The notes under the pieces are model-generated. The model did no database searches, was not told the DNA's origin, and saw only the letters and a program-made list of their open reading frames with translations. A stretch of DNA of 64,000 bases, from positions 1,856,001 through 1,920,000 of the forward strand of contig OY970364.1 in the NCBI GenBank assembly GCA_963718565.1, read 5' to 3'. The position numbers were made by a program, and so were the translations under genes. The stretch is from an uncultured Verrucomicrobiae bacterium (GTDB lineage: Bacteria; Chlamydiota; Chlamydiia; Chlamydiales; Rhabdochlamydiaceae). This document shows, piece after piece, positions 50,401 through 60,619 of this stretch (its first letter is position 1; each line of letters opens with the position of its first letter).

Positions 50401-51058
50401 CTTTAATTTCTGGCTTAAGAGGATCTTTTTTGGCCTCATTGAGTTTTGGAGATTTCTCCAATTTGGAAACTTTTTCTTCTGGAAGCCGTTTTTGGGACTC
50501 GGCTAAGCTCTTAGAAGTTTTGGATTGAGGAAGGTGCTTAGGAAGTTGTTTTTGGGTTTGTCTTTTTTGTGGTGCAGTTTCTTTAGCAGTTGGAGGAAGT
50601 TTTTGTGGCTCGGCTATGTTTTTAGGGGTTTTGGATTGAGGAGGGCGCTTAGGAGGTTGTTTTGGGGTTTGTCCTTTTTGTGGCGCAGTTTCTTTAGCAG
50701 TTGGAGGAAGTTTTTGGGACTCGGCTAAGTTTTTAGAAGTTTTGGATTGAGGAGGGGTTTTAAGGGTTCGTTTTGAGATCCGCCCTTTTTGGGACTGAGC
50801 TTCTTTAGCAGAGGGTGCATGTTTTTTTCTCGAAGCCAAGTGCTCAGAAAGAGTTCTTTTTTTCTGAGCTAAAAGTTTTTCATCGCGAGAAATCAGACGT
50901 TTTTTGCGTTCCTCTTTTTTTTGTTCTGTTTGTGAATCTTTTGTCTCATTACTGGTTAAAATTGTGTACTCATAAGATGTTTGACCAGAATCCATATCGT
51001 CTGCAAAACTTGGACCTAATAGAATTAATGAAAGGGGAATCAAATAAAACTTGTTCAT
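47483..51058 (-). CDS. Inverse-autotransporter beta-domain protein with a long K/S/P/Q-rich N-terminal region and a beta-helix-like C-terminal passenger
   Basis: Signal peptide; DLRGHVFDNGKFAGNAGIGGR, YYDVR, RMNGYFPVG; GTFESPFPTL..A followed by N/I/G-rich parallel beta-helix repeats. Confidence 0.75.
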   Translation of the reverse strand: MNKFYLIPLSLILLGPSFADDMDSGQTSYEYTILTSNETKDSQTEQKKEERKKRLISRDEKLLAQKKRTLSEHLASRKKHAPSAKEAQSQKGRISKRTLKTPPQSKTSKNLAESQKLPPTAKETAPQKGQTPKQPPKRPPQSKTPKNIAEPQKLPPTAKETAPQKRQTQKQLPKHLPQSKTSKSLAESQKRLPEEKVSKLEKSPKLNEAKKDPLKPEIKERMEREKQRAKQPSKFPKSLGPQNSVMNKQAPAKESTPIKPNSEQLIQELLSKDLQSKQLSEKQKSDPTASPDGKLSKSAETPQQVEKPSDSKQIAEQSKLPSFPVEDSATESIEKEPIDSNASPKNNSKQIAEQSKFPSFPIEDSATESIEKEPIDSKASPKNKRNPHNPSERKGKYFAPFARKESSLSPSIPAPSRELSEKDRANNPNTNEKEAIGSTPFQKPSNSKETSSTYDRHIRRQNHHSMSENSPQNNSSTEENSGSKSSASQKKIEFENLQAQRENEDSGQLDVIGSSQPETQKLPNPPSQPFYPKKCETPFHMMHVGLRHTEARGVGYKDGYTTLEGFGIYNGNSYFMPFIDLRGHVFDNGKFAGNAGIGGRSFFPSLEHILSYYLYYDVRQDNHHLTAQQLGPGIELLGKRMEYRMNGYFPVGDRKSHKYDYDFDQFKGNDILLKAKQRDVMTGGDAEIGAHLTQSTKYDLYTGAGSYYFSSSHASSWGGKVRLLGRFKEYVSLEASYSYDHLFKSVIQGSVAINLPFGKRIKRKGNDCSSQINLALSRAAFSPYRFEIPVIKRVFTKQKAINPATDDPWKVWFVNNTSSSNGTFESPFPTLVQAQNASGPNDMIYVFPGDGTSTGMNLGISLQNGQTLFGSGIAHKIATTKGTIKIPAFSNTSPLITNTGTNVVTLANGNEVSGFNINLSSSDGIFGASINGTQINNNTIFGNASFGAINVAGFGNVKIANNQIYSQANSGSGIEVFNTGSMQLKILNNSISGFGEAIDVLSPASPNITGNVLISGNQVANFLAQGINYSDGWSNATVSIIGNAIANTTGTSGSHGILANVSNFPNAGTVIVSDNQVATTSSNMTLGIAVQPGANHIQLTTIINNNNILTGSGSGSTGIGVFGNFSASSNICASIFNNTVAGATPGTNGIAITSGTGAGSTTINVDNFSGNVDSNILISGNVNFVPEAACE
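49909..50130 (-). repeat. Two 111-bp (37-aa) tandem coding repeats
   Basis: SKQIAEQSK(L/F)PSFP(V/I)EDSATESIEKEPIDS(N/K)ASPKN, twice. Confidence 0.9.
50482..50760 (-). repeat. About 2.5 copies of a 111-bp (37-aa) tandem coding repeat
   Basis: PPQSKT(S/P)KN(L/I)AE(S/P)QKLPPTAKETAPQK repeated; CTTTAGCAG recurs at 50581 and 50692. Confidence 0.9.
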
Positions 51059-51163
51059 TATGCAATTCCTAAAGGCAAAAATTTCTGCGTAGAAAGTACA
51101 AAGGCGCCCAACTTGGACAGTACAAAAGTGTGGTTTTTTTTAAAATATTTTTTTACACTTCCT

Positions 51164-54100
51164 TTAGTGTAGAGGTTTGCGAGGTTCCCCTTCGCGCATT
51201 CCTAGGTTGCCGTAACGGTGGTAGTCGATACTGAAACAGATTTCTCGCAGATAGTGGAGCAGCTCAAACCGTCCATTGGAAAGGACAGGCGCATGATCTA
51301 GGAAGGTGGCAGATTGGCTAGCGGCGAATATCAGGGGATTGGAAGGCTGGCTAATCATACGCACACGGCGGAATTGTCCCTGTTTGACACGCTCGTTAAA
51401 ATGATCATCGTTTTCCTCCGAGATGTGAAATAATGACGAAAGGTGGATAAGATGGTCGCGGACCTTGATGCGCACATTGTCTTTGCTCCAGGTGACATGC
51501 AAGGGTGCGCCGCAACTCATCGCTGCTGCGAAGTCGCGGACCTTGATATGCACATTGTCTTTGCTCCAGCTGACATGCAAGGGTGCGCTGCAGCTCATCG
51601 CTGCTGCGAGTACGCGTAAAATGCCAAGGACCGAATCTTGTTCTTGAACCCTAAAGCAGATCTTGTTATGGGGACGATAGCGCAGGATATTGTCCTGACC
51701 GATAATTTTGGAAGGATCGTGGTCTTCAGCGTAATGTCTGCTCCAGTAAGCGTAGTTGGCCGTGCTGGCAAACCAGATCCCCAATTCTTCTGCGGAAAGA
51801 TTGTATTTCTGTAAAATTAAAGAAAGCTTGTTGACGTCCTCACTGATGGGCTGTTTTTCTTGAGGGAGGGAGACTTCTTGCGGACGTGCAAACTGCATGA
51901 TATAACTCGGGCCGCCGGCTTTGGCCGCATTGCCGAAACTGCTCGCTTTTGTCCCGCCAAACGGCTGCCTTCTTACGATGGCCCCTGTAATCCCACGATT
52001 GATATAACAATTCCCCGCTTCGATTTTCTCCATCCACACCTTTTGCTCCCGCTCATCTAAGCTCTGCAACCCGGATGTGAGTCCGTAGGGTGTCGCGTTG
52101 ACGATGTTAATGGCGTGCTCAAGATTTCTTGCGCGCATCACAGCGAGAACGGGACCGAAGAGTTCCGTCTGATGCATGAAGCTCCCTTCTTTGACACCGA
52201 TTTTAATGCCAGGCGACCACAGATTGAGATTTTTGGGATCGCGCTTGGGTTGGACGAGCCATTCTTCGCCGTTTTCCAAGTTTAAAAAGCCGCGGAGAAG
52301 GGTATCGTGCGGTTCTCGAATGAGGGGAGTGATTTTGCAAGAGCAATCCCAGCAAGCGCCAATTTTCAGACTCTCTACCGCGTCTTTGAGCTGTTTGCGG
52401 AAATGAAGGTCATCATAGATTTCCGCCTCGAGGACGAGTAGGCTGCAAGCGCTGCATTTTTGTCCGTTATGGCCAAACGCTGAAGTCACGGTATCTTTAA
52501 TCGCTAGATCGCGATCGGCAAGAGCTGTCACGATGATGGCGTTTTTGCCTCCTGTTTCCGCGCACAGATCAAGGCCTGGTCTTAAACGCATAAACAGTGT
52601 TGCGGTGGATGTTGCCCCAGTTAAAATAATGCAATTGAGGCGTGCATCAGCGATGAGCTTTGATCCGACAGGATCATCGGGACAGTTAATGAATTGCAAG
52701 ACTTCCTTGGGGATGCCGGCTTCCCACAATGCCTTCACAAGCTCCCAGCCGCTGAGCACAGCTTCTGGTGCGGGTTTGAATAAAACGCAGTTACCCGTCA
52801 CTAAGGCCGCAAGGATTCCTCCAGCGGGAATCGAAATGGGAAAATTCCATGGGGGTGCCACTAAAATTGTCCCTTTCGGCGACCATTCAATATCTTTACA
52901 GGCGTGCATTTTTTTCATACTGCGCAAGTAATATTCGGCAAAGTCGATGGCCTCTGAAACCTCTGGGTCAGCCTCAAGAACTGCTTTGCCCCCATCTGCC
53001 ATCATGGCCCCGATTAAATCTCCTCGTTTCTCGCGCATTTTTTGCGCGGCTCGGCTAAGAAGTTCGCATCTTTTCTCTGGCAGAGTCTCGCCCCATTTCT
53101 CTTCATGCTGTTTGGCGCAAGTGAGAGCTTTGTCAATATGTTCCCAAGCTGCCATGGAATAGCGATAAAGAACTTGCTCGGGGTTAGCAGGATCGGCCCC
53201 TGTGCCCTCGGATTCCGTTTGCATTTCTTGTCCAGAAATGACGAGAGGAATCTTTCCGATGTTGAGCTGTTTCCATTGGGAGATGATTTTGCCGGCCCAC
53301 TCACGGTTACAGCGCAAAGAAAAGTCGGTATCGGGCTCATTTTCAAAAGGTTCTGAGATGGAAAGATGTATAGGGGGATTATTTTTGTCTTGTGTGCGCC
53401 TTGGAGTTGTGTAGACAGTGTTCATTTCGCGACACGCGTTGGCAAAAAGCAAAACTTGTTCTTCCCATTCAGGGGCGCCTGGCCTTAATCCAAAGGTGAC
53501 GCGCAAAAAGTTGTCTGGACCTGTATTTTCATCGAGCCTGCGTATGAGATAAGCAATCGCGCTTTGAAAATCTTCCTTTGTAGCAACGGGACAATAGAGC
53601 AGGATATCTTTTGCCAATTTTTGCACGACGCGGCGGATATGGTCTGCCATTCCTTCGAGCATTTCAAAACTAATTTCTTTCTCGACGCTGTTTTCTGCGC
53701 GCAGCAACATCGCATAGGCAATGTCGAACAGATTATGGCTGGCAACACCGAGGTGGACGGCATGAGCATGGCTCTTTTCGCAGCCGTAGGTCACCATTTT
53801 TTTATAATTGGCATCCACATCGGATTTTTTTCTATAAGGCGCTTGGTGCCAGTCGCGTAAAGATGCCTCGAACTGCTCCATGGCGAGATTGGCCCCTTTA
53901 ACGATGCGGATCTTGATCGGAGCCCCCCCCTTTTTGACGCGTTCCATCGCCCACTGTGTCAGCTCTTTTTGAATGTCATGAGAATTCGGCAGATACGCTT
54001 GTAAAACGATGCCGGCAGAATGATGAAGGAACTCAGGCTCGTTTAAGACCTTCATGAACAATTCTTTTGTTAATTCCAAATCGCGATATTCTTCCATGTC

Positions 54101-54862
54101 GAGATTGACAAACTTAGGCACTTTTGTGCCATCTGCCTTTGTGAAAGTATAGCGTTTTGCGGTGCTATAAAGCTCGCGCAGCCTTGTGCTCAGAGCTTCA
54201 AGAGTTTTGTCCCAACCTAAGAGGTGAATTTGACTATAGATTGTTGAAGTTTTGACGGAGACATATTCGATGTCGTCAGCGCTTAAATCCTTGAGATAGA
54301 CATCGAGACGGCGTTTTGCTTCTGCTTCCCCAAGGATCGCTTCGCCAAGGTGATTGATATTCAGTCGGACGCCTTCTTGGCGGCGTTTTGCCATATGTTT
54401 TTTTAAGGCTTCTTTTTCTCCTGGAAGAATCACTCTGGCTGTGGCATGGCGCAGCATGAAGGTTGCCAGAGGAACAAATAGCCAGGAAAATGTACGCCCC
54501 AATAATTCAAACACACCTAAGGAAAAACGTTTTGTATAACCTAAATATTTGGGAATCCCGAGCTGATTAAGGAGATGAACGAGCTGATCGGCCACGCGAG
54601 AGGGGCTGTGGCTGCGGAAACATTGGTCCGTCATATGCGTGGTGAAGACTTTCCCAATCGGATCTCGCATCATTCGGGACAGTTCAGTTTGGATTCTTTT
54701 TTCCGCTCCCGTCATTGTGCGATTAGCTTCATTGAGCATATTCGCAGCAAGTTCAATTGCCAATTTTTCCCGTTGTTCTAAACTCAAAGTCTTTCCATGA
54801 TGGGAAGAGAGGATCTGCATCGCTTCTTTGAGATAGGGAGAACTGGGTTCAGTGACCGTCAT
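51164..54862 (-). CDS. putA: Bifunctional proline dehydrogenase / P5C dehydrogenase
   Basis: NLDMEEY, LQAYL, RIVKGAN, YLIRRLDEN, PWNFP, AETGGKN, GQKCSACS, ELFGP. Confidence 0.93.
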   Translation of the reverse strand: MTVTEPSSPYLKEAMQILSSHHGKTLSLEQREKLAIELAANMLNEANRTMTGAEKRIQTELSRMMRDPIGKVFTTHMTDQCFRSHSPSRVADQLVHLLNQLGIPKYLGYTKRFSLGVFELLGRTFSWLFVPLATFMLRHATARVILPGEKEALKKHMAKRRQEGVRLNINHLGEAILGEAEAKRRLDVYLKDLSADDIEYVSVKTSTIYSQIHLLGWDKTLEALSTRLRELYSTAKRYTFTKADGTKVPKFVNLDMEEYRDLELTKELFMKVLNEPEFLHHSAGIVLQAYLPNSHDIQKELTQWAMERVKKGGAPIKIRIVKGANLAMEQFEASLRDWHQAPYRKKSDVDANYKKMVTYGCEKSHAHAVHLGVASHNLFDIAYAMLLRAENSVEKEISFEMLEGMADHIRRVVQKLAKDILLYCPVATKEDFQSAIAYLIRRLDENTGPDNFLRVTFGLRPGAPEWEEQVLLFANACREMNTVYTTPRRTQDKNNPPIHLSISEPFENEPDTDFSLRCNREWAGKIISQWKQLNIGKIPLVISGQEMQTESEGTGADPANPEQVLYRYSMAAWEHIDKALTCAKQHEEKWGETLPEKRCELLSRAAQKMREKRGDLIGAMMADGGKAVLEADPEVSEAIDFAEYYLRSMKKMHACKDIEWSPKGTILVAPPWNFPISIPAGGILAALVTGNCVLFKPAPEAVLSGWELVKALWEAGIPKEVLQFINCPDDPVGSKLIADARLNCIILTGATSTATLFMRLRPGLDLCAETGGKNAIIVTALADRDLAIKDTVTSAFGHNGQKCSACSLLVLEAEIYDDLHFRKQLKDAVESLKIGACWDCSCKITPLIREPHDTLLRGFLNLENGEEWLVQPKRDPKNLNLWSPGIKIGVKEGSFMHQTELFGPVLAVMRARNLEHAINIVNATPYGLTSGLQSLDEREQKVWMEKIEAGNCYINRGITGAIVRRQPFGGTKASSFGNAAKAGGPSYIMQFARPQEVSLPQEKQPISEDVNKLSLILQKYNLSAEELGIWFASTANYAYWSRHYAEDHDPSKIIGQDNILRYRPHNKICFRVQEQDSVLGILRVLAAAMSCSAPLHVSWSKDNVHIKVRDFAAAMSCGAPLHVTWSKDNVRIKVRDHLIHLSSLFHISEENDDHFNERVKQGQFRRVRMISQPSNPLIFAASQSATFLDHAPVLSNGRFELLHYLREICFSIDYHRYGNLGMREGEPRKPLH
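51455..51609 (-). repeat. 78-bp (26-aa) tandem duplication inside putA
   Basis: AAAMSCSAPLHVSWSKDNVHIKVRDF followed by AAAMSCGAPLHVTWSKDNVRIKVRDH. Confidence 0.92.
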
Positions 54863-54950
54863 GACCTGCTCCTTTGAACAATAGGCTGCCTATCTCTATT
54901 ACTATCACAATTGAAAGGTTGTGACAAATTTTTTCTTTAATTTTGATTAA

Positions 54951-56324
54951 GTGATGATGCGAACTAGGTTTGCAATGTTCTTAACTTATAGAGGGAATTG
55001 CAAAATTCCTCGCCAGCAGAAAATCGATGATTTTGGCACCTGTTGCCAGAACCCGCACAGCGGGTTCGGTTGGCGGCGGCGAAAGCCTACTTGGATAAGT
55101 TGGCTGTGTATATTCTTTGTCATTGTGTTTCATTTTCATGCATATTCAGCCAATATTGAACTGGGTGTCGATGTTTTCTTTAACGAGGGGTTGGTTCACG
55201 AGCTCAAAGGAAAAAGAGTGGGACTTGTCACAAACCATACCGGTGTCAATAGTTCCATGCGTTCGACGATCGACCTGTTTTTAGAGGATGTCCCGGAGGT
55301 TAAGCTCGTCGCGTTGTTTGCTCCGGAACATGGACTTAATGGGCAAGCTTATGCGTTTGAAGAAGTCAGGGAAACCAAAGGACCCGCAGAAATTCCCGTG
55401 TATAGTTTGCATGGCAAAACGCGCCGACCGACCGAGCGCATGTTGCAAGGGATTGATGTCATCGTCTACGATATCCAAGACATTGGCTGCCGTTCTTATA
55501 CCTATACGACAACGCTATGCTACGTGATGGAGGAGGCGGCCAAACGAAGTATTCCTGTTGTTGTTCTTGATCGCCCCAATCCCATCAATGGCCTTACTGT
55601 AGATGGCCCCATGCTGCAAACAAAATGGCGCTCGTATATCGGCTATGTCAACGTCCCCTATTGCCATGGGATGACGATCGGTGAACTTGCATGCTTTTTT
55701 AATGACAAATATCAGATAGGGTGCAAGCTCAAAGTCGTTGGGATGAAAGGTTGGAAGAGATCGATGGCCTTTACGGATACCGGGCTGACGTGGATTCCGA
55801 CAAGTCCCTATATTCCAGAGTCCGATACCCCGCAATTTTATGCTTCGACAGGTTTATTAGGGGAATTGTCCCTTGTCAATATCGGGATTGGTTACACGCT
55901 TCCCTTTAAGGTGGTCGGTGCACCTTGGATAAAAGCTTCTCAACTAGCCGATCAGCTTAACGAGCAAAAATTGCCAGGCGTTCATTTCCTTCCTTTTTAT
56001 TATCGCCCTTTTTATGGAGTGTATAAAGGAAAAGACTGTCAGGGGATCATGATTATTGTGACCGATGCCAAATCCTATCGTCCTGTCAGCACCCAATACA
56101 TGATTTTGGGGATTTTAAAAAATCTCTATCCTAAGCAAGTGCTCGCAAAACTCAATGCTCTAGAGCTTGTGAAGAAAGATTTATTTTGCAAAGCCAACGG
56201 CAACGAAGAGATGTTGACGTTGTTGTACAATGAGAAGTATGTGGCATGGAAGCTGATCCTTTTTCAGAAAGAAGAAAGGGAGCAGTTTCAGCAAGAACGT
56301 AAAAAATATCTTTTATATCCTTAA
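54951..56324 (+). CDS. namZ: Exo-beta-N-acetylmuramidase NamZ family (YbbC/DUF1343); N-terminus contains element-derived sequence
   Basis: RVGLVTNHTG, LFAPEHG, YDIQDIGCRSYTY, VLDRPNP, HGMTIGELA; exact start uncertain (54951-54975). Confidence 0.88.
   Translation: MMMRTRFAMFLTYRGNCKIPRQQKIDDFGTCCQNPHSGFGWRRRKPTWISWLCIFFVIVFHFHAYSANIELGVDVFFNEGLVHELKGKRVGLVTNHTGVNSSMRSTIDLFLEDVPEVKLVALFAPEHGLNGQAYAFEEVRETKGPAEIPVYSLHGKTRRPTERMLQGIDVIVYDIQDIGCRSYTYTTTLCYVMEEAAKRSIPVVVLDRPNPINGLTVDGPMLQTKWRSYIGYVNVPYCHGMTIGELACFFNDKYQIGCKLKVVGMKGWKRSMAFTDTGLTWIPTSPYIPESDTPQFYASTGLLGELSLVNIGIGYTLPFKVVGAPWIKASQLADQLNEQKLPGVHFLPFYYRPFYGVYKGKDCQGIMIIVTDAKSYRPVSTQYMILGILKNLYPKQVLAKLNALELVKKDLFCKANGNEEMLTLLYNEKYVAWKLILFQKEEREQFQQERKKYLLYP
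54991..55099. mobile_element. 109-bp truncated GAGGG-family element inside the namZ reading frame
   Basis: Matches the reverse complement of the 25167 copy from GAGGGAATTGC to TTGGATAAG; preceded by TATA. Confidence 0.9.
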
Positions 56325-56330
56325 TCCTTT

Positions 56331-56357
56331 TTAGCACTCATCAAAAGGTTGTGCTAA
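56331..56357 (+). promoter_or_regulatory. CIRCE operator (HrcA site)
   Basis: TTAGCACTC-N9-TTGTGCTAA, two mismatches to the consensus, upstream of groES. Confidence 0.85.
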
Positions 56358-56373
56358 AAACCTCTCTCTTGTC

Positions 56374-56402
56374 TTGACTTAAATGAATATTCAACATAGG
56401 AT
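56374..56402 (+). promoter_or_regulatory. groESL promoter
   Basis: TTGACT-17 bp-TAGGAT; GAAGGAG Shine-Dalgarno before the groES ATG. Confidence 0.65.
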
Positions 56403-56444
56403 TTTAGATTAATTCTTAAGATTTCAAATTGAAGGAGTTTCGTT

Positions 56445-56747
56445 ATGTCAGCGACAAAACAGATTAAGCCGCTTGGAAACCGCGTTCTTGTAAAACGTGC
56501 AGAGATGAAATTGAGCAAAGGGGGAATTCTCCTCCCAGAAACTGCTCAGGAGAAGCCTCGTCAAGGAGAAATTGTTGCCACCGGCCCTGGCAAGATGGAT
56601 GAAAAAGGAAATTTAAAACAAGTGAATGTTCGCGTTGGCGACATGGTTCTCTTCTCTTCTTATGCGGGGACAGAAGTGAAAACAGAAGACGAGCAGACCG
56701 ATTTCTTGATCATGTCTGAAGATGACATCCTTGGCGTCCTCGTTTAA
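56445..56747 (+). CDS. groES: Co-chaperonin GroES
   Basis: IKPLGNRVLV, GGILLPETAQEKP, SEDDILG. Confidence 0.96.
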   Translation: MSATKQIKPLGNRVLVKRAEMKLSKGGILLPETAQEKPRQGEIVATGPGKMDEKGNLKQVNVRVGDMVLFSSYAGTEVKTEDEQTDFLIMSEDDILGVLV

Positions 56748-56774
56748 CTCACAACTACATTATACCGGAGATAA

Positions 56775-58451
<1,677 letters not shown>

Positions 58452-58485
58452 GAAGATTTTTTTTAAGTTCGCTAAAAGTTTTTAA

Positions 58486-58695
58486 AATGCCTCTTTTTCA
58501 CATGTCGGGGACAAAGCACTGCGTGTCTTTTGCCCCCTGCTGGCCCCTTTGAGACTCATCTCGCTGTGCCAAATCGCATACTCCACGGCCCTCCGACGAG
58601 CACGCGATTTGGCACAGCGAGATGAGTCTCAAGAAGGCTAGCGGGAAACGCGGACACGCCAGTGCCGTGTTTCCGACATATGAAATGGAGGCATT
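58486..58695. repeat. 210-bp palindromic element between groEL and tRNA-Arg
   Basis: Perfect 29-bp inner stem (58549-58577 with 58604-58632); imperfect outer arms AATGCCTC...GAGGCATT. Confidence 0.9.
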
Positions 58696-58807
58696 ACTTC
58701 AATGCCTAGCCTCAACACTTTTATTTACACCCCCAAGGCTGGTCCTTACTTCTCCTTACCTTTTGCTTGATGAAAATCCATTAAAATTGGATGATGTCAC
58801 CCTTCGT

Positions 58808-58881
58808 GCACTGGTAGCTCAGCTGGATAGAGCACACGGCTACGAACCGTGAGGTCGGAGGTTCGAATCCTCTCCGGTGCG
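58808..58881 (+). tRNA. tRNA-Arg (anticodon ACG); CCA not encoded
   Basis: Acceptor stem GCACTGG/CCGGTGC, D arm GCTCAGCTGGATAGAGC, anticodon arm CACGG-CTACGAA-CCGTG, T loop GTTCGAATC. Confidence 0.96.
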
Positions 58882-58904
58882 CTGTTTTTGCCCCATTTTT
58901 CAAC

Positions 58905-59534
58905 ATGATTTTAGAAGTTTTTCCTTCGGGACCATTAGACACCAACGCTTACATTCTTGCTTGTGATGTGACCAAGCATGCCGCTGTTATTGATGTCCCT
59001 TTAGAAAGTTCGCATGTTTTGCTTGAGCGCATCAGAGAGCTTGCTCTGTCCGTGGACACGATCCTTTTGACCCATTCTCATTGGGATCACATTGCGGAGG
59101 TCTCCGAATTAAAAAAGCATTTAAAAGCTTCCATTTATATTCATAAAGAAGATGCTGGTAATTTAGAGAGCCCTGGCTCTGACAAGCTCCCTCTTTTTTT
59201 TCCGCTAAAAGGGGTCAAGCCTGATGGATATCTTACCGATGGTCAAGAATTAGCCATAGGCAAACTTGCGATCACAGTGATCCATACTCCTGGACACTCT
59301 CCAGGAGGTGTTTGCTTTTATCTTCCCTCTGAACACACTTTGATCTCTGGAGATACGCTATTTAGAGGAACGATCGGTAACTTAAGCTTGCCTACAGCCT
59401 GTCCGGCTTTAATGTGGGATTCTTTAAAAAAATTAGCGGTCCTGCCTGCCGCGACGAAAGTGTATCCAGGCCATGGAGATGCGACGACGATAGGTGCAGA
59501 AAAATGGATTGCACAGGCTCAAGATAGATTTTAG
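58905..59534 (+). CDS. MBL-fold metallo-hydrolase (glyoxalase II-like)
   Basis: THSHWDH, TPGHSPG, SGDTLF, YPGHG. Confidence 0.9.
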   Translation: MILEVFPSGPLDTNAYILACDVTKHAAVIDVPLESSHVLLERIRELALSVDTILLTHSHWDHIAEVSELKKHLKASIYIHKEDAGNLESPGSDKLPLFFPLKGVKPDGYLTDGQELAIGKLAITVIHTPGHSPGGVCFYLPSEHTLISGDTLFRGTIGNLSLPTACPALMWDSLKKLAVLPAATKVYPGHGDATTIGAEKWIAQAQDRF

Positions 59535-59550
59535 AGGGAATTGCAAAACT
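59534..59550. repeat. Solo GAGGG-element end overlapping the stop codon of the MBL gene
   Basis: TTTA followed by GAGGGAATTGCAAAACT; the TAG stop spans the junction. Confidence 0.7.
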
Positions 59551-59565
59551 TAAGGAGAGGAACCT

Positions 59566-60147
59566 ATGTACAGTTTAGTTGGAAAACCAGCCCCGCATTT
59601 TACTGCTAAAGCGGCCGTCAAAGGTCGGATTGTCGATGAATTTTCTTTGCGCGCCTTTTTGGGCAAATATGTTCTCTTTTTCTTTTATCCCCTCGATTTC
59701 ACCTTTGTTTGCCCCACAGAGTTGCATGCTTTTCAGGCTCAATTAAATGAATTTGAAAAGCGCAATACGCAACTTGTCGGATGCTCGGTAGATAGTTGGT
59801 TTTCCCATTTAGCTTGGTTCAATACTCCTAAGAACAAAGGGGGAATTGAAGGGGTGGAATATCCCCTTGTGTCCGATATTAACAAGAACATCGCACGCAC
59901 TTACCAAGTCTTGAAGGAAGACGAAGGCATTGCCTATCGGGGACTCTTTTTAATCGATAAACAAGGAATCATCCGCCACCAGCTCGTCAACGATCTTCCC
60001 TTGGGACGGTCTGTCGATGAAGCATTGCGCATGATCGATGCCTTGATTTTTTTTGAAAATAATGGAGAAGTTTGCCCGGCTAACTGGAAGACAGGCGCCA
60101 AAGGAATGAAACCGACTGCCGAGGGCCTTGTAAGATACTTTAATTAG
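59566..60147 (+). CDS. ahpC: 2-Cys peroxiredoxin
   Basis: FYPLDFTFVCPTE, GEVCPANW. Confidence 0.95.
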   Translation: MYSLVGKPAPHFTAKAAVKGRIVDEFSLRAFLGKYVLFFFYPLDFTFVCPTELHAFQAQLNEFEKRNTQLVGCSVDSWFSHLAWFNTPKNKGGIEGVEYPLVSDINKNIARTYQVLKEDEGIAYRGLFLIDKQGIIRHQLVNDLPLGRSVDEALRMIDALIFFENNGEVCPANWKTGAKGMKPTAEGLVRYFN

Positions 60148-60530
60148 ATATGTGTAAGATAGTCGTATAGATCTTTGTCTGTGGTGATTAGCAAGCTTCG
60201 GTAGAGGGAACAGATGGGACTTGTCGCATCGATAATCCCTGCATCGCCTACACCTGGCATGCAAATTGCTGCCAAATCATGAAATGCCTCTTTGTTTTCT
60301 AATAGGCGAATCCCGCGCATGTAGTCCGGGATACTAAATCCCTCCTCTTTGACTCTAAAGTAAATGAGTTCGCGCTCGTACATCAAGGCCTGCACGGCGT
60401 AGAGTATTCCCAAACTTTCTTGAGGAGGATTTCCAAATGTCTCCGCAAGCTGTGGAAGTGATTTGCAAAGAAGCGGGGTACAAAATTCTCCTTTTTCTGC
60501 TTCTCCAAAAAGAAAGATTTTGCGGCGCAT
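60144..60530 (-). CDS. Hypothetical protein with similarity to tail-sheath N-terminal motifs
   Basis: LFGEAEKG...P...S..QL.ETFG, YFRV, ICMPG; SD-like AGAGGA upstream. Confidence 0.65.
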   Translation of the reverse strand: MRRKIFLFGEAEKGEFCTPLLCKSLPQLAETFGNPPQESLGILYAVQALMYERELIYFRVKEEGFSIPDYMRGIRLLENKEAFHDLAAICMPGVGDAGIIDATSPICSLYRSLLITTDKDLYDYLTHI

Positions 60531-60549
60531 TTTTTAAATCCTCTTTTTA

Positions 60550-60619
60550 GAGGGAATTGCAACACTCCTTGCCGCATAAAAGCGCGATTTTATGCGGCGA
60601 GGAGTTTTGCAATTCCCTC
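60550..60619. mobile_element. 70-bp GAGGG-family palindromic element
   Basis: Near-perfect hairpin; TTTA duplicated at 60546-60549 and 60620-60623. Confidence 0.92.

Noticed and set aside
58622..58852. 76-aa ORF
   Set aside because: It overlaps the palindrome and tRNA-Arg and is considered spurious.
58808..58881. tRNA as the attachment site of an integrated element
   Set aside because: No integrase and no duplicated tRNA 3' end were seen in the window.
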